Shown: in pieces, positions 26,122 through 38,694 of the stretch | How the letters are laid out: each line of letters starts with the position of its first letter | How positions within the stretch are numbered: position 1 is the first letter of the stretch | Made by a program: the position numbers and the translations under genes | The notes under the pieces: generated by a model | Database searches by the model: none | The model's input: the letters and a program-made list of their open reading frames with translations, nothing else | Told to the model about the DNA's origin: nothing | Assembly (NCBI RefSeq): GCF_006345805.1 | Contig: NC_043006.1 | Location: 24,490,001 to 24,554,000, forward strand | DNA length: 64,000 bases | Reading direction: 5' to 3' | Source: Octopus sinensis | Taxonomy: Eukaryota

Positions 26122-26335
26122 TGTATCATCAGCATCTTCATTTAGTGTCCATTTCCCATGCCAGCATGGGTAAGATGGTTTGACTGGGGCTGGTAAGCCA
26201 TAGAGCTGCACCAGGCTCCAGTCTGTTTTAACTTGGTTTCTACAGCTGGATGCCAACAAGTCCACAGAGTGTACTGGATGTCTTTTATGTGTCACTGGCA
26301 CTGGCCATAACTATGATTTCACTTACCTTGATGTG
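26122..26335 (-). mobile_element. RTE 3' tail fragment
   Basis: catcagcatc...tttcccatgccagcatggg...ctacagctggatgcc. Confidence 0.75.
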
Positions 26336-26370
26336 TCATATATATTCTTATATATATGTGTGTGTCATAC

Positions 26371-26686
26371 ATATTCCTTTCATTTTGGTGTTGCTGTTGT
26401 TCTTATCATTGTTGTTGTTGAGGTTGTTTTTCTTCAGAGCCTTTCTACAAAGTTCTCTTGGGAATTTTGTGACTAGTTTCATCAGTAAACTTTTGGAGTT
26501 TTTATTTATTTTACTTCTCTGTTCTTGCCCGAAGCTAGTTTTCTGGAAACATTTCCCCAGATCAATTTTTAAACACTCTTTTCTAAGCTTCAGTGTACTA
26601 TTGCAAAGTAGCGACAGGTATTGCCAACCATCATCCCCTTTTGACCACTCCATTATTGCCTCATTTTTCTTCAATGTCCCCTGGAT
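26371..26686 (-). CDS. Candidate coding exon, 105 codons (IQGTLKKNEAIMEWSKGDDGWQYLSLLC...KFPRELCRKALKK)
   Basis: Longest non-repeat open frame seen, K/L/N-rich; tag acceptor and gtatga donor; no family recognised. Confidence 0.45.
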
Positions 26687-26690
26687 CTAC

Positions 26691-26884
26691 TGTAAATAGC
26701 TTGCTTACCAACCACATAGTTCCAGGTTCAGTCCCACTGCGTGGCACCTTGGGCAAGTGTCTTCCACTATAGCTTCAGGCCGACCAAAGCCTTGTGAGTG
26801 GATTTGGTAGACGGAAACAGAAAGAAGCCCGTTGTATCTATATATATATATATGTATGTATATATATGTGTGTATGTGTATATG

Positions 26885-26926
<42 letters not shown>

Positions 26927-26979
26927 TATAAAATATTATTTGAGACAAAACCACTATTTTGCAAAACAAACAAGGAAAT

Positions 26980-27051
<72 letters not shown>

Positions 27052-27265
27052 CGCGTATATATTTGTGTGCTTGTGTTTCTCCTCCTCAACATCGCTTGAC
27101 AACCGATGCTGGTGTGTTTACATCCCCGTAACTTAGTGGTTCAGTAAAAGAAACCGATAGAATAAGTACTAGGCTTACAAAGAATAAGTCCTGGGGTCAG
27201 TTTGCTTGACTAAAGGCGGTGCTCCAGCATGGCCACAGTCAAATGACTGAAACAAGTAAAAAAAA
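26691..27265 (+). mobile_element. tRNA-derived SINE with expanded internal (TA)n
   Basis: gttcagtcccactgcgtggcaccttgggcaagtgtc...ggcggtgctccagcatggcc. Confidence 0.92.
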
Positions 27266-27475
27266 AAAGAATAAAAAAATAACTCCCCACCCCAAAGAAA
27301 AGAAAAAAAAGCTTGGTTTATTAATCCCCACCCTCCCCCAAAAAAAATAAATAATACACTTGTGTTGGATCAGAGATAGGATTGAAAAAAAAAATAATGA
27401 AGTTAGTATGTGAGAATACAAGTGTGAGTGTATATGCATGTGTGCACACAGACACACATCAAAACCATACAAAAA

Positions 27476-27521
<46 letters not shown>

Positions 27522-29829
27522 CACACACACTCACATACACACACACATATATATATATAAGTATTATGTATTTACAAATATGCATGCTATTTTTATCATG
27601 TGTTTGGAACCATTACATTTTAGGATGTGAGACAAGTACCCTTTAGAGCAGTTGCATAACTAAAACAAGTTGTTATGAGAAAAAGAAGAAAAAAACAAGC
27701 AGGAATGTATGTCTTGGAAGAATTTATAAATAAACATATACTGCAATCTTTCCAACCTGTGAAACCACTCAAGTATAACTTATTACCAATCTACTCTAAC
27801 TCTCCGTTGCTTCTATAAATAATCGCAACAGTTCTGCGGAGAGACAAACCAGGTGAAGCATTCAGTCAAAAATCATTTTATTAAAAAATATGTGTCAATC
27901 CTAGAAGAAAAACCATCCAAACAAAATGTATTTATGTACAAATATTTCTGCTCCAAACTCATAATAGATGGAACTGCATCCAGCGTTATATTGTATGGTT
28001 GCAATAGAATTGAAGAAGAGTACCATGCTGTCAGAACGTCCTTCACAATAAACACAAGAACTCAGCACTAAAGAAACAGAACTCAATTTTAGCATTATCA
28101 CTGCTTACTTCCATCCACTCACTGCCAGTTGGATTGAGCTGATTGATCAGAGACAAGTATGGCATTGACACAGAAACATGAAACAAAATGAAGTCCCTCA
28201 TTTACAACAGTACTGAATGTCTGACATGTAAATTCAAAATGATACTACTCAGATTAAATACAAAAAAATAGACACATACAACAGTATCAGACATTAATTT
28301 TGTTTGTATTTCTTCTTCTTTTACAAGACAGACCAAAAACAAGCTGGCACAATGGCCTCAACTGCTATGTAAGGCCTGCAAGATTAGTCATAAATTGATA
28401 TTGGCAGAGACAGTCCAAGGAAGCAATTCCCCTTCAGGAGTGAAAGCAGTTCTGGAACAAAAGAGAGAGGGTTGAGGAGAGAGAGACAGAGAGGGGGAGG
28501 AGAGAGAGAGAACATACTGAAGAGAGTGCTGCCATAATAATCTCCTATCTTAATATCTAGCAAAGGAAAACAAGGGTCTGAGGAAATGAATAATAGTGTG
28601 TGTATTTGCAAAATTCATTTAATAAAGTTGACAAATTTAAATAAATATGAGTTTTGTGCAGAGATATAACAATCCTGCCTACCATGGAATATTAACTTAT
28701 TCAAACGTGGGGATTCTATATGTAAATAGTATTGATTTATGCATTATATATTATGTTATAATAACTGAAATGTATAGGAAAATGTCAACAGATAGATGGT
28801 CATCTCAATAGTTACAACTAGAAGAATATTTTCTACCCACTCTAGCCCTGATGCAATAAGAAAATGTAGCCATTACACACAATGAGGTGGTTGGTATCAT
28901 GAAGGACATCAAGCCATAGAAACCATGCCAAAAATTAAAACAGATGAAACATAGTTCCGAACCTGGCTTGGACTGTGATGACCTGTCCAACTTATGCTAG
29001 CATGAAAGGCGTATGTAAAACAATGATGATGCTTGATAGGAATCATGGGTAAGATAGCTGGGCAAGTAGAAAATTAATTCTAGGTTTATTATTGTCTATC
29101 CAAATTGTAATTATTACAGAAAGGAATCTGAAATATATTTGGAAAAAAAAACACCATATAAATAATAGTATGCCATATTAAATAGGTTTTGGTGTATGCC
29201 ACATATGTTGTTACAGGCTCACTAAACTGAGATTTTCTTTTGTGCAGTAAACATATTACTAAAAGAGTCTTTTTGTTCCTTATATTTGGATTGGTCTATG
29301 TAAATTCAAGAAGTCTTTTGAAATTTCTAAACATAACTTATTGTAAGATATTAACTCATCTGGTGGCTGCACTTCATGACATTTGATTCACGGTTCCAAT
29401 CTCATAATGATTAGAAATCAAACTGTACAAAACAATGTTTTATAAACACTGGAATAAAATCTAAAGGTTTTAACACATTTTTACTTTTCCCAATGTAAAC
29501 TTTGACACCATAACAATATTTAGTCTATTCCACAGATATACCCAAGGCATTTTTGCTCAATTTCCCAAGCATAAATTGCTGACGACCTGTTGTCAGTAGA
29601 GTCTTCAAATTTTAATAAGTTTATATGCCTTACAAGATGTGAGTCCTGATGTTTCAAGCAAAACCTTCATTAGAAAGAACATTTATATTTTTCAAGTATA
29701 AAATACTGCTGAGCAAATTTTCTCTCCAAAAATATTCTTTGTTCAAAATGTCAGTACTGTCTTCTTGTGGCATCAAACTCTATATAGATTTGTAAAGTTT
29801 ACTAAATGATTTTTGTCAATATACATTAC

Positions 29830-29976
29830 CTCTTGCTTCCTCTATTTTTATCTCTTTTCAACAGAAGAGAGATAAAAATATTTAGAAAGCAATTTATATG
29901 GCAACTCTTGGGTTTTGTTTCAATCAGGTCACACCACATGTCACAAGTTGTGCGATTGTTTTGATTGGACAGAGGT
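29830..29976 (-). CDS. Candidate coding exon (PLSNQNNRTTCDMWCDLIETKPK...RDKNRGSK)
   Basis: tttttatgtggcag acceptor, ag|gtaatg donor, 48 open codons. Confidence 0.3.
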
Positions 29977-30474
29977 CTGCCACATAAAAATAATGCAGTA
30001 GGACATAAATATTTATGTAACTATCACCAATGGTCATCTCTGTTTCAGTTATTAATTATTTTTGACAACTATCACATCCTTATGAATACATTAATGCTAA
30101 CAAATAACTGAATTTATGGAGGTGGACACATGCCAATTTATTATCATTCCTTGTTTACTTTAATTGTTCAACAAATTGATTTATTTCAGCAACCATTATT
30201 TTAAAACTTGTCTAAGATATCAATTTGTAAAAAATAATCCATTGATCTAAAATCTTCCATTAGATTGTACTAGGACAATTAACCGAAGAAAAATCAGGTA
30301 AAATAATTACTGTAAGATTGACAAGGAAAGGGTCCCTTGTAACAAGATTAACTAAAATGTGTATTCTTGTCTTCCTCATAGCACTATCACTTTCATTCTC
30401 TTCATATTTGGTTTCATCATCCACCAAATCAAAAAAGTGTGTATGTACATGCATATGGATGTATATATCTTTTA

Positions 30475-30840
30475 CCTTTTACTTGTTTCAGTCATTAGAC
30501 CACAACTACACTAGGGCACTGCTTTGAAGAATTTTTAGTCAAATGGATTGCCACCCAGGACTTATATTTTGTAAAACCTTATACGTATTCTATACGTCTC
30601 TTTTGCCAAACACCTAAGTTACAGGAATGTAAACACACCAACATTGGTTGTTAAGTGGTGGTGGTTGGGGACAAACACACAGATATATATTACATATACA
30701 ATGGGCTTCTTTCAGTTCTGGTTGACCTGAGGGTATATATAGTAGAAGACACATGCCCAAGGTGCTACATAGTGGGACTGAACTTGGAACCATGTAGTTG
30801 GAAGCAAACTTCTTACCACAAAGTCACACCTGTGCCTGCT
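30475..30840 (-). mobile_element. Degenerate tRNA-SINE
   Basis: cttgtttcagtca...gaagacacatgcccaaggtgc...gggactgaac. Confidence 0.85.
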
Positions 30841-30937
30841 ATGGTAAAGTATGTCAATAATGTGTGGACATGTATAATAGGTTTTATTTCAATTTGTTTA
30901 TAAATGTCAAAATTGGTAAGCAGGAGTGGAGAATTAC

Positions 30938-31054
30938 TTTGATACATCTGTTTATCGTTTAAGTTCAAATCAAATCTTGCTTGTATCCAACATAGTCTTT
31001 CTTCAGTCCTCTCCTCCAAAAGGTGTAGCCTCTTAGCCAATGTGAGACAGAAAT
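30938..31054 (-). CDS. Candidate coding exon (DFCLTLAKRLHLLEERTEERLCWIQARFDLNLNDKQMYQ)
   Basis: Open frame with AG and gtaatt boundaries; weak acceptor. Confidence 0.28.
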
Positions 31055-31699
31055 CTTTATTACAATATATGGTTAAAAAGTTAGCTATATGGTTAGAAAG
31101 TTTGCTTTGCAACTACATGATCTTTGGTTCAATCCAACTGTGTGGTACTTTGGACAAATGTCAGCTACTATGAAAACCTTGGGTGTAGATAGGAACCAAA
31201 AAAGAAGCATGTCATAAATGTGTACATGAATGTGGTCTTGAAACTTAATATTAAATGTAAACAAACATTACTATAATACAAGATGCATTTTAATTTTCAA
31301 TGAAACATATCCAGACAATAACACTCTGGAAATAGGTCAGGGTTGACAACATGAAGAGTGTCCAACCATAGAAAATCTGCCTTGAAAAATTTCTATGCAA
31401 GTATGGAAAAGTGGATGCTAAAACAACGATGATGACAGATGACAATACTGCTGTCAATGAGGAAAAAAACAGAAAATTAGTGTTTATAATAATGTCCTTA
31501 ACCATCTCACTAATACTGAACAAAATATATGATTGACAGGGATATTTGTCTAGGCCTGTTGAATGTCATTGCTTATTGATTTGATGATAGAATGTGAATG
31601 AAATGTTGTTACAAGTAGGGAAGAAAAATGGACAGACTTCTGCTTTAAGCATGCCATGGAACCCCTCATAACACTTTTTTATTTTTTGGAATTTTCAGA

Positions 31700-32035
31700 A
31701 AATCGACCCCAGGTCTTATTCTTTGTAAGCCTAGTACTTATTCTATCGGTCTCTTTTGCTGAACCACTAAGTTATGGGGACGTAAACACGCCAGCATCGG
31801 TTGTCAAGCGATGTTGAGAGGGACAAACACAGACACAAACATACACACACACACATTTATACATATATATGACAAGCTTCTTTCAGTTTCCGTCTACCAA
31901 ATCCACTCACAAGGCTTTGTTCGGCCCGAGGCTATAGTTGGAGACACTTGCCCAAGGTGCCACGCAGTGGGACTGAACCCGGAACCGTGTGGTTTGTAAG
32001 CAAGCTACTTACCTCACAGCCATTCCTGCACCTAT
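31700..32035 (-). mobile_element. tRNA-derived SINE
   Basis: High similarity to the family consensus. Confidence 0.92.
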
Positions 32036-32247
32036 ACATATATATAAAATAGTAATAATAATGATGATGATACACATACATTATATGCAGATAAATCATT
32101 GTTTTATCAAATAACTTTTAATCATTCTAAAATAAATTAGGGTATTCACTAAATTCAAAGGAGCTCCCATCAATGAATTAACTGACATTTTGTAACAATG
32201 TTTTAATTTTTAACCAAGTAACCATAGTGTAAAATCTTTGGATGAAC

Positions 32248-32282
<35 letters not shown>

Positions 32283-33519
32283 TCATGCACACATACTATA
32301 TTATCTTTGTTAAGTTCTATCCAATCACAATGGACGTCTTCCAAATTCAATACTAAATAAATCATACAAGAGTAGAGTTTCAAAAATGTGCATGTGTATC
32401 ATCATCCTTTAAGATCCAACTTCTACGCTGATATGGATTGGATAATTTGACAGTGTCTGATGAGACAAATGGCTATGTCATGCATCAATGTCAACATTGG
32501 CATGGTTTCTACAGCTGGATGCCCTTCCTAATGTTAACCACTTCACTGAATTTATTGGGTATTTTTTCATGGCGCAAACATTAGTGTTGATTGCCTTATA
32601 AATTCTAAGACAGAGCCTAAACAGAGAGAATAAAGGAGAGAGTGGGTGATCATTCGTTGTAGCGAGATGAAAGATTATAAGAGGAGAGGATGGGACAGTA
32701 TAGAAGGAAGGGATTAGTGAAAGAGCTGAGAAAAAGAAATCAAGTTGAAAAGGTGGCAAGGAGAGTCATGTAAGAAGGAGGGTCTAAAGCTATCCAACAT
32801 TATAAGGATCAAGTATAGACAAGTGTGAAGGAAAGGGAGACAAAGAAGGGAACAATAAACTAGCTGAAGAGGAATCCTAAATGACTCATTGAAGTCAGGA
32901 GAGGATCATGCAGGTAACTCAGAAGTGGTGATGAGGAGTTGAAGCAGCAATAAAATTGTGATGGAGGGTAGTGCTGTGAAAGAAAAGGAGGTGGAATATA
33001 TATAATTATTAATATTTATGCAAAATACAGGGTGCATAAGAAAACCTAAGACAAATTTAAAATAGCTATATTACTGTTTTTAAGCCTTTAGCAGTAGAAC
33101 TTTAAAGAGATGTAAGTAGAGCTTGTTATTCTCTTAAGATACTGAAAGGTATTTAACTTGATTTTGTCCTAATAAGAGATTTTTAAATAGCAATGGCAAA
33201 TGGAAAACGGACGTTAAACGATGATGATGATGATTACGTCCTGTCTCTGTCACTCCTGATGGCCCTATACATCTAATTAATCATAATTGTTTACTAACTT
33301 ACCCAAACTTTTTAAAGGCATCATTATCAATATTTAACCTTGTTTGTTTGTTTTTTTCTTTCGTTTTGGACAATTCAATGTCCAGTTATCAGTCACAAGA
33401 TGTCACATTGCAAGGGCTCAGAATGAGATTAAACTCATGAAGTGAGTTTAGTACAGTATTTTTTTTTCTAATGGTTTCAGGCTCTTTAGCAAGTGACTTA
33501 ATTTGAGACCATGCATTAA

Positions 33520-35262
33520 CCCTTTAGTGTTCAGATTAATCTGTTAAATGTAATGCTTATTTGTTCACATTATTTTGAATTATTCAGATTCAAGAGGAGT
33601 GTCCACAATATTTGCTTATAACTTTGTTAATTTTTTACATACAGATTTGAAATTTTGTCAGTGAGTACTTATATACCAGTGGTTTATAGTTATGTAATTT
33701 TAGCTGATTGAATTTGACTTTTATGGACAGGTAAATTTAATTAACAGGTGTAAAAGCAATAACATTGTGGATAAACACTAAAATTAACCCAGATGTCAAC
33801 TGCGAACAAGTTTGCAACTTTTCAAGATGAGGTACATTAATTTGAATTAATTAAAATACAGGTACAATTGGTATAAGATTTTATTTTCTCTATATTTCAT
33901 TAAAAAATTTTCATTGAAAATTAAGTTCAAAACTCTTTTACTAGTCAATATACCATTGGCTATGTACTCTTATACAATTTAATGAATACATTTACATAAC
34001 AGAATGCATCTAATAAAAAAGCTAATTAACAGGTGAGACAAAGATGAATACAGGTGTGTATCATACTGAAAATTAATATGTATTTCTCACTTTCACATAT
34101 TATTTGTAATAAAATGAAAGGAATATATGATAGTATTACTATCAAATAACAAAATATAGTTATGCCACATTTCTATTGTGAACCCTTTACACAAGAGCAC
34201 TCTGCAAAATGAACACATATATGAGGTCTCAACCGGATATCCTTTCGCAGTTTTTCTTTTTGCAGCAAACACAGTCTGCAAACTTTTACCTTCCATTTAT
34301 TTTTTCCACTTTATGGAAGTCAATATTTTCTCTGTTGACACCCACCTCAGTTAATTTTGCTTTTCTCACAGTTCCGTGCTTTCTGGAACAAAAGCCCTCA
34401 CGTAACTGAGATATGATGTCAACCTGAAATTTCAAATGGTCATATACTTTTGGTGGCGGAGGTACCTTGTGGCTTTTACATTAACTATAGTTAATTCATA
34501 TATTGTTTGACATAATGCTGGAGATATATGGATCACCATAACTTATATCAGGACACCAACAGTTTGACAGTCAAGGAAACTGTTTGATACCAAACATAAT
34601 GTTTATAGTAAAAACAAAAATCACATTTCCACAATATCAGTTAGCTACCATAGTGGATGGGGTCTTCCACAAATAGAAATTACACACTGACAGTTTCAAA
34701 AAAAGTTTTCAGTAAAAATAAATAGTCCAATGGTTGAGCATCAAGAGGTAGGCTATTATAGTGGACTGGTCTTTTCTGTGAAATCAGTAATTGCGGTTGA
34801 TGTAGTAATCTTCAACCATGTAGTTGTAATGTTTTCAATATCATTTTCATCACTTTCATTATCAAAATCTTCCTCATCCGACAAAGATTCATAAATATAA
34901 ATATCAGATTCATCCGAAGACAAATCATTGTTGCTTTTGTTTATATTTTGTACATCATCAAGAGTAAAACCTTCAAAGTTGGATTTTGCTACTTGCTAAC
35001 ACCATATCGTTAAAAACTAAGATGTACACTTCTCTTCAAATGTTAAGGAAAAAAAAGTCTCAAAAATTTCACAGTATTTTTACTTGAATAAAGACAAGAA
35101 AGGCTTTATCTCACATTATCTCAAAGCTACAAGAATTCAATAATGTGATTTGTTTATTTTTTTAGCAATTTCGTAGCGGAATCAGATACGCCCAGATTTG
35201 GCCAGTTTGAACAAATAGAGGTGAATTTTAAGCTGGTTTTGGCCATTCTGAACACTAAAGGG
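33520..35262 (-). mobile_element. Internally deleted piggyBac transposon with both TIRs
   Basis: TTAA|ccctttagtgttcaga ... tctgaacactaaaggg|TTAA; acidic N-terminus (NFEGFTLDD...SSDESD) at ~34800-35010 and a Cys-rich C-terminal remnant at ~34100-34290. Confidence 0.9.
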
Positions 35263-36068
35263 TTAAAACAAGAGCAATTTCATCACGGAGCAGCTATTTT
35301 AGTCTTACAAAAGCATATAAAAGCTATTAAATTCAATTGCTATTCATTTTCTGGGGGAGGAGTCAAAAGTTTTATTGCACAACTCTAGCTGGACACAGTT
35401 CCATTCCAACTGAGTTGCATAAGAGGAATTGTGTCAGTGCTTCGGGACAGTTGTGTGGTGAGTATTTTGACACTACAAGAAATAAACAAAAAGTGGGTTT
35501 AACATTTTCTGTGTTTTATAAATGTTATAGACAGGCAGCTTAGCTGTTTTCGAGATAAAACATCATACAAGCTGTTAAGTTGGAAATAAAAAATAACTGT
35601 TTCCAAATATGTGTAGTCTTCCTGATTTGCAGATATGTTACCTTCATAATTAAGACTGCCTGTACTATTACCACCACCACCACCATACATACAGTTTACA
35701 CACAAACACTATTTCAAAAAGTAACAAAAGAAACAACAGAAATGCATTCGCCTTCTGAATGTTTTTTAGGACATGGTCTCCATACATCCTGTTATTTTGC
35801 TATCTATCCTTCCACATACCTTTATGAGTATCACCTTCTCTAAACACTATCTTTACCAATAACTATTATTACCTGACAACATAGTCACTCAACCTGCTAG
35901 CAACCAAAGCACCTTTAAATAGCATCCGGCCATATTAAAAAGGAAATAATAAATAGCATCCTGCTATATTAAAAAGGGTATAATAAATGACTATGCCTGA
36001 AAAATTAAAAGCAAGCATGATCACAGCTGGGAGAATTCTGATCCTGAGTCTGCTTGACTAGGACTCAC

Positions 36069-36197
36069 CTGATGGCAAGACAATAACTATTAAAAGTGTT
36101 TAAGAACAATAGAAATCCTGGTGCCAGATATTATCCAAAGCACAGATGACATCAATGATAACTTCTTAGATTACATTTCGTACTACTTGCTAACATT
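36069..36197 (-). other. Candidate non-coding (UTR or lncRNA) exon
   Basis: Strong splice sites tttaccttttcag| and ag|gtgagt; stops in all three frames. Confidence 0.4.
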
Positions 36198-36247
36198 CTG
36201 AAAAGGTAAAGTATGGGCTGCCCAGTTTCCTTAAGTCAGTCAGTGTG

Positions 36248-36700
36248 TGTGTGTGTGTAGGTACAGGTGTAGCTGTGTGGTAAGCAGTTGGTTTCCCAAC
36301 CGCATGTCTTTATCTTGTATTTGTCCAGCAACACTGCTTGACAACCAGTGTTGACGTCTGTACGTATCCCCACAACTTCTTGGTTTGGCAAAAGAGACCA
36401 ATAGAATAAGTTCCAGGTTAAAGAGCAATAAGTACCAGGATTGATTTGTTCAACTAAAATTCTTCAAGGTGGCATCCCAACATGGCCACAGTTTAATGAC
36501 TTCAACAAGTAAAATTGTGTGTGTGTATGTGCATAGCTGTGTGACACCTTGGGAAAGTGACTTTTACTATAGCCCTAGGATAACCAAAGTTTTGAGAGTG
36601 GATTTGGTAAACAGAAACAGAAAGAAATCCATTTGTGTGTGTGTGTGTCTTAGTACCACCTTGCTTTGGCAGTTGACACAACTGTTATGTAACAGTTGTG
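36248..36700 (+). mobile_element. Degenerate SINE fragments
   Basis: aggtgtagctgtgtggtaag..., cttgacaacc, gatagaataagt, gtggatttggta. Confidence 0.75.
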
Positions 36701-38337
36701 AGTGACTCACTTAAGTGGTGTCTTTCATTTCCAATCTTGTCCAGCGATGATGAAGAATTACCTTGCTTAGAAACAGGTACGGGTTGGTGACAGGAAGACA
36801 TAAAGCTATAAAACTCTGACTCAATGAATTCTGCTTGACCTGTGTAAGTATGGATAAGTGGGCATTAAAAATGATACATATACATAAAACAAATAGATAG
36901 ATAGATAGATAGGCCAGCAGACAGATAGAGAGATAAATGGGATTAAAAATCCCAACTGGATCTTCTGTAAGCAAAGTGTATATCTGTTGATGGTTTCTCT
37001 TAAAGAAAAAAAGCCTGTCCATCTAAACTGAAATTCCAGATAAAATAGATTGTCATGTAGTTCACTTCAACACAACATGGGAAAGACATTTCATGAATAT
37101 AAATATATCAATATAAATATAAATGATTTCATAATATCATACTAATATATCTATTATGGAGGGAGAGTGCTAAGCAGTGATAAGTAAAATTGTATTGCTA
37201 TTATCAGTCCAAATATGCTTGATACACGTTCAAACTGGGGTGCATGCTACTCACTGCATTTTGTCATGGAGAATATATCTCGCTTGTTGACGAATGGTGC
37301 GTATACACCTAGATCAGGTTGGAGCACCACCTACCTAGACTGTGAGATGCTAGCATTTCGGAGTAGTTATCTCCTATTCGGTGACTAGGTAGGTAACTTT
37401 TATCTCCTATTCAGTCCCTACGTGGACACTAGGTAGGTGACTTTTAAACTTAAAGGATAGATGTGTGTGTGTGTGTGTGCATGCGCAGTGTAATTGATAA
37501 CTATAGCTTCTAACAATAATATCAAAGTACTAGTTGATAGATATATAGAGCATTATCTCTTAAGTGCATTACAATGCCATTAGTTGAAATATGTTCTCAA
37601 TATTCAATGACACAAACCTTAACTGCAATGTTTTCTTAATAGGTCCTGAAGAGTAGTGCCTATCATGCTAGAAAGAAAGTGAAGAGGTCACACTCTAATT
37701 GACACAGAATGTGAAGTATTATGTCAAACCATTTGCAGATATGACATATCTGGCAAACTAGAGTTGGGAGTTTGTTTCAGTAATATCATTTGATTGGCTC
37801 TATTCATAGTCATGGTGGGAAACAACTTATTTTGTATGTGAGTGAAGGCAGTTTTTCTAAATTTTGAGCAAATCCAGAATTTCATTATGGTACTGTTTTG
37901 TCAAACAGAAGAATTGATAATTGTCACTAAGATTGGTATAGTAGTCACAGTCAGTATCAGCATCAATTAGATTAGTGATGAGAGAAGATTATTCAAACTT
38001 CTATTGTTATATTTAATAGCAGAATGCTCAAGAAACCCACTAAACTTATGATACTGCTGGCCTCTTTACCACTGGGCCAAAAACAGCCTTCTACTCCACT
38101 GTTTTGAATGATTACAATGAGGGAAGGGTCCTTCCTGTGAAACAGTTATTGCAACACTTCAAGAATCAAATATCTAATGAAAATCAATAAAAATGAACTT
38201 AGAAGCATGAGGTTAAGGGGGGAGATAGATGGAGATCAGAACAATTTAGAAAACTAAACATTAATTTAATATGAAAGAAATTAAATTTAATTTTAAGATT
38301 GAATCATGTTATGGAGGTGAAGTGAAACCCTCATAGT

Positions 38338-38694
38338 GGGTTTCACTTCACCGCCATGGTGATCTCATTCTCACTCACAACATCATAAGCAGAAAGTATA
38401 ACCTGCTCCAGAGCGTGGGCTGCGGGGTCACTCCGAAAAGCTCTATCTACGACGATTTCATCTCAATCGAAGGAGAGAGGCTTTCTCCGTCTGGGTTGTG
38501 GATCCGTGGAATAAGCTGCCGAACGAGATAGTGAAGATGCCGACGACCACTCGGTTCAAAGTCTCTCTTGACCAAAAATAGCCTGAACTCTTTATATGAC
38601 CACCCTCCCTGTACATAACTCCTTGTCCCCCTACATGGCCTTGCTTTTGCTTTTTGAGCCAATAAAAATTGAATTGAATTGAATTGAAAAAAAA
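38338..38694 (+). mobile_element. CR1-type LINE 3' end
   Basis: RHGDLILTHNII; LRGHSEKL...RREAFSVWVVDPWNKLPNEIV...FKVSLD; aataaa plus (AATTG)n tail. Confidence 0.9.

Noticed and set aside
30294-30425. ATGATGA...CTGA on the minus strand as a possible C/D snoRNA (similar string at 15895-15982)
   Set aside because: No terminal stem, atypical length and no recognisable rRNA guide.
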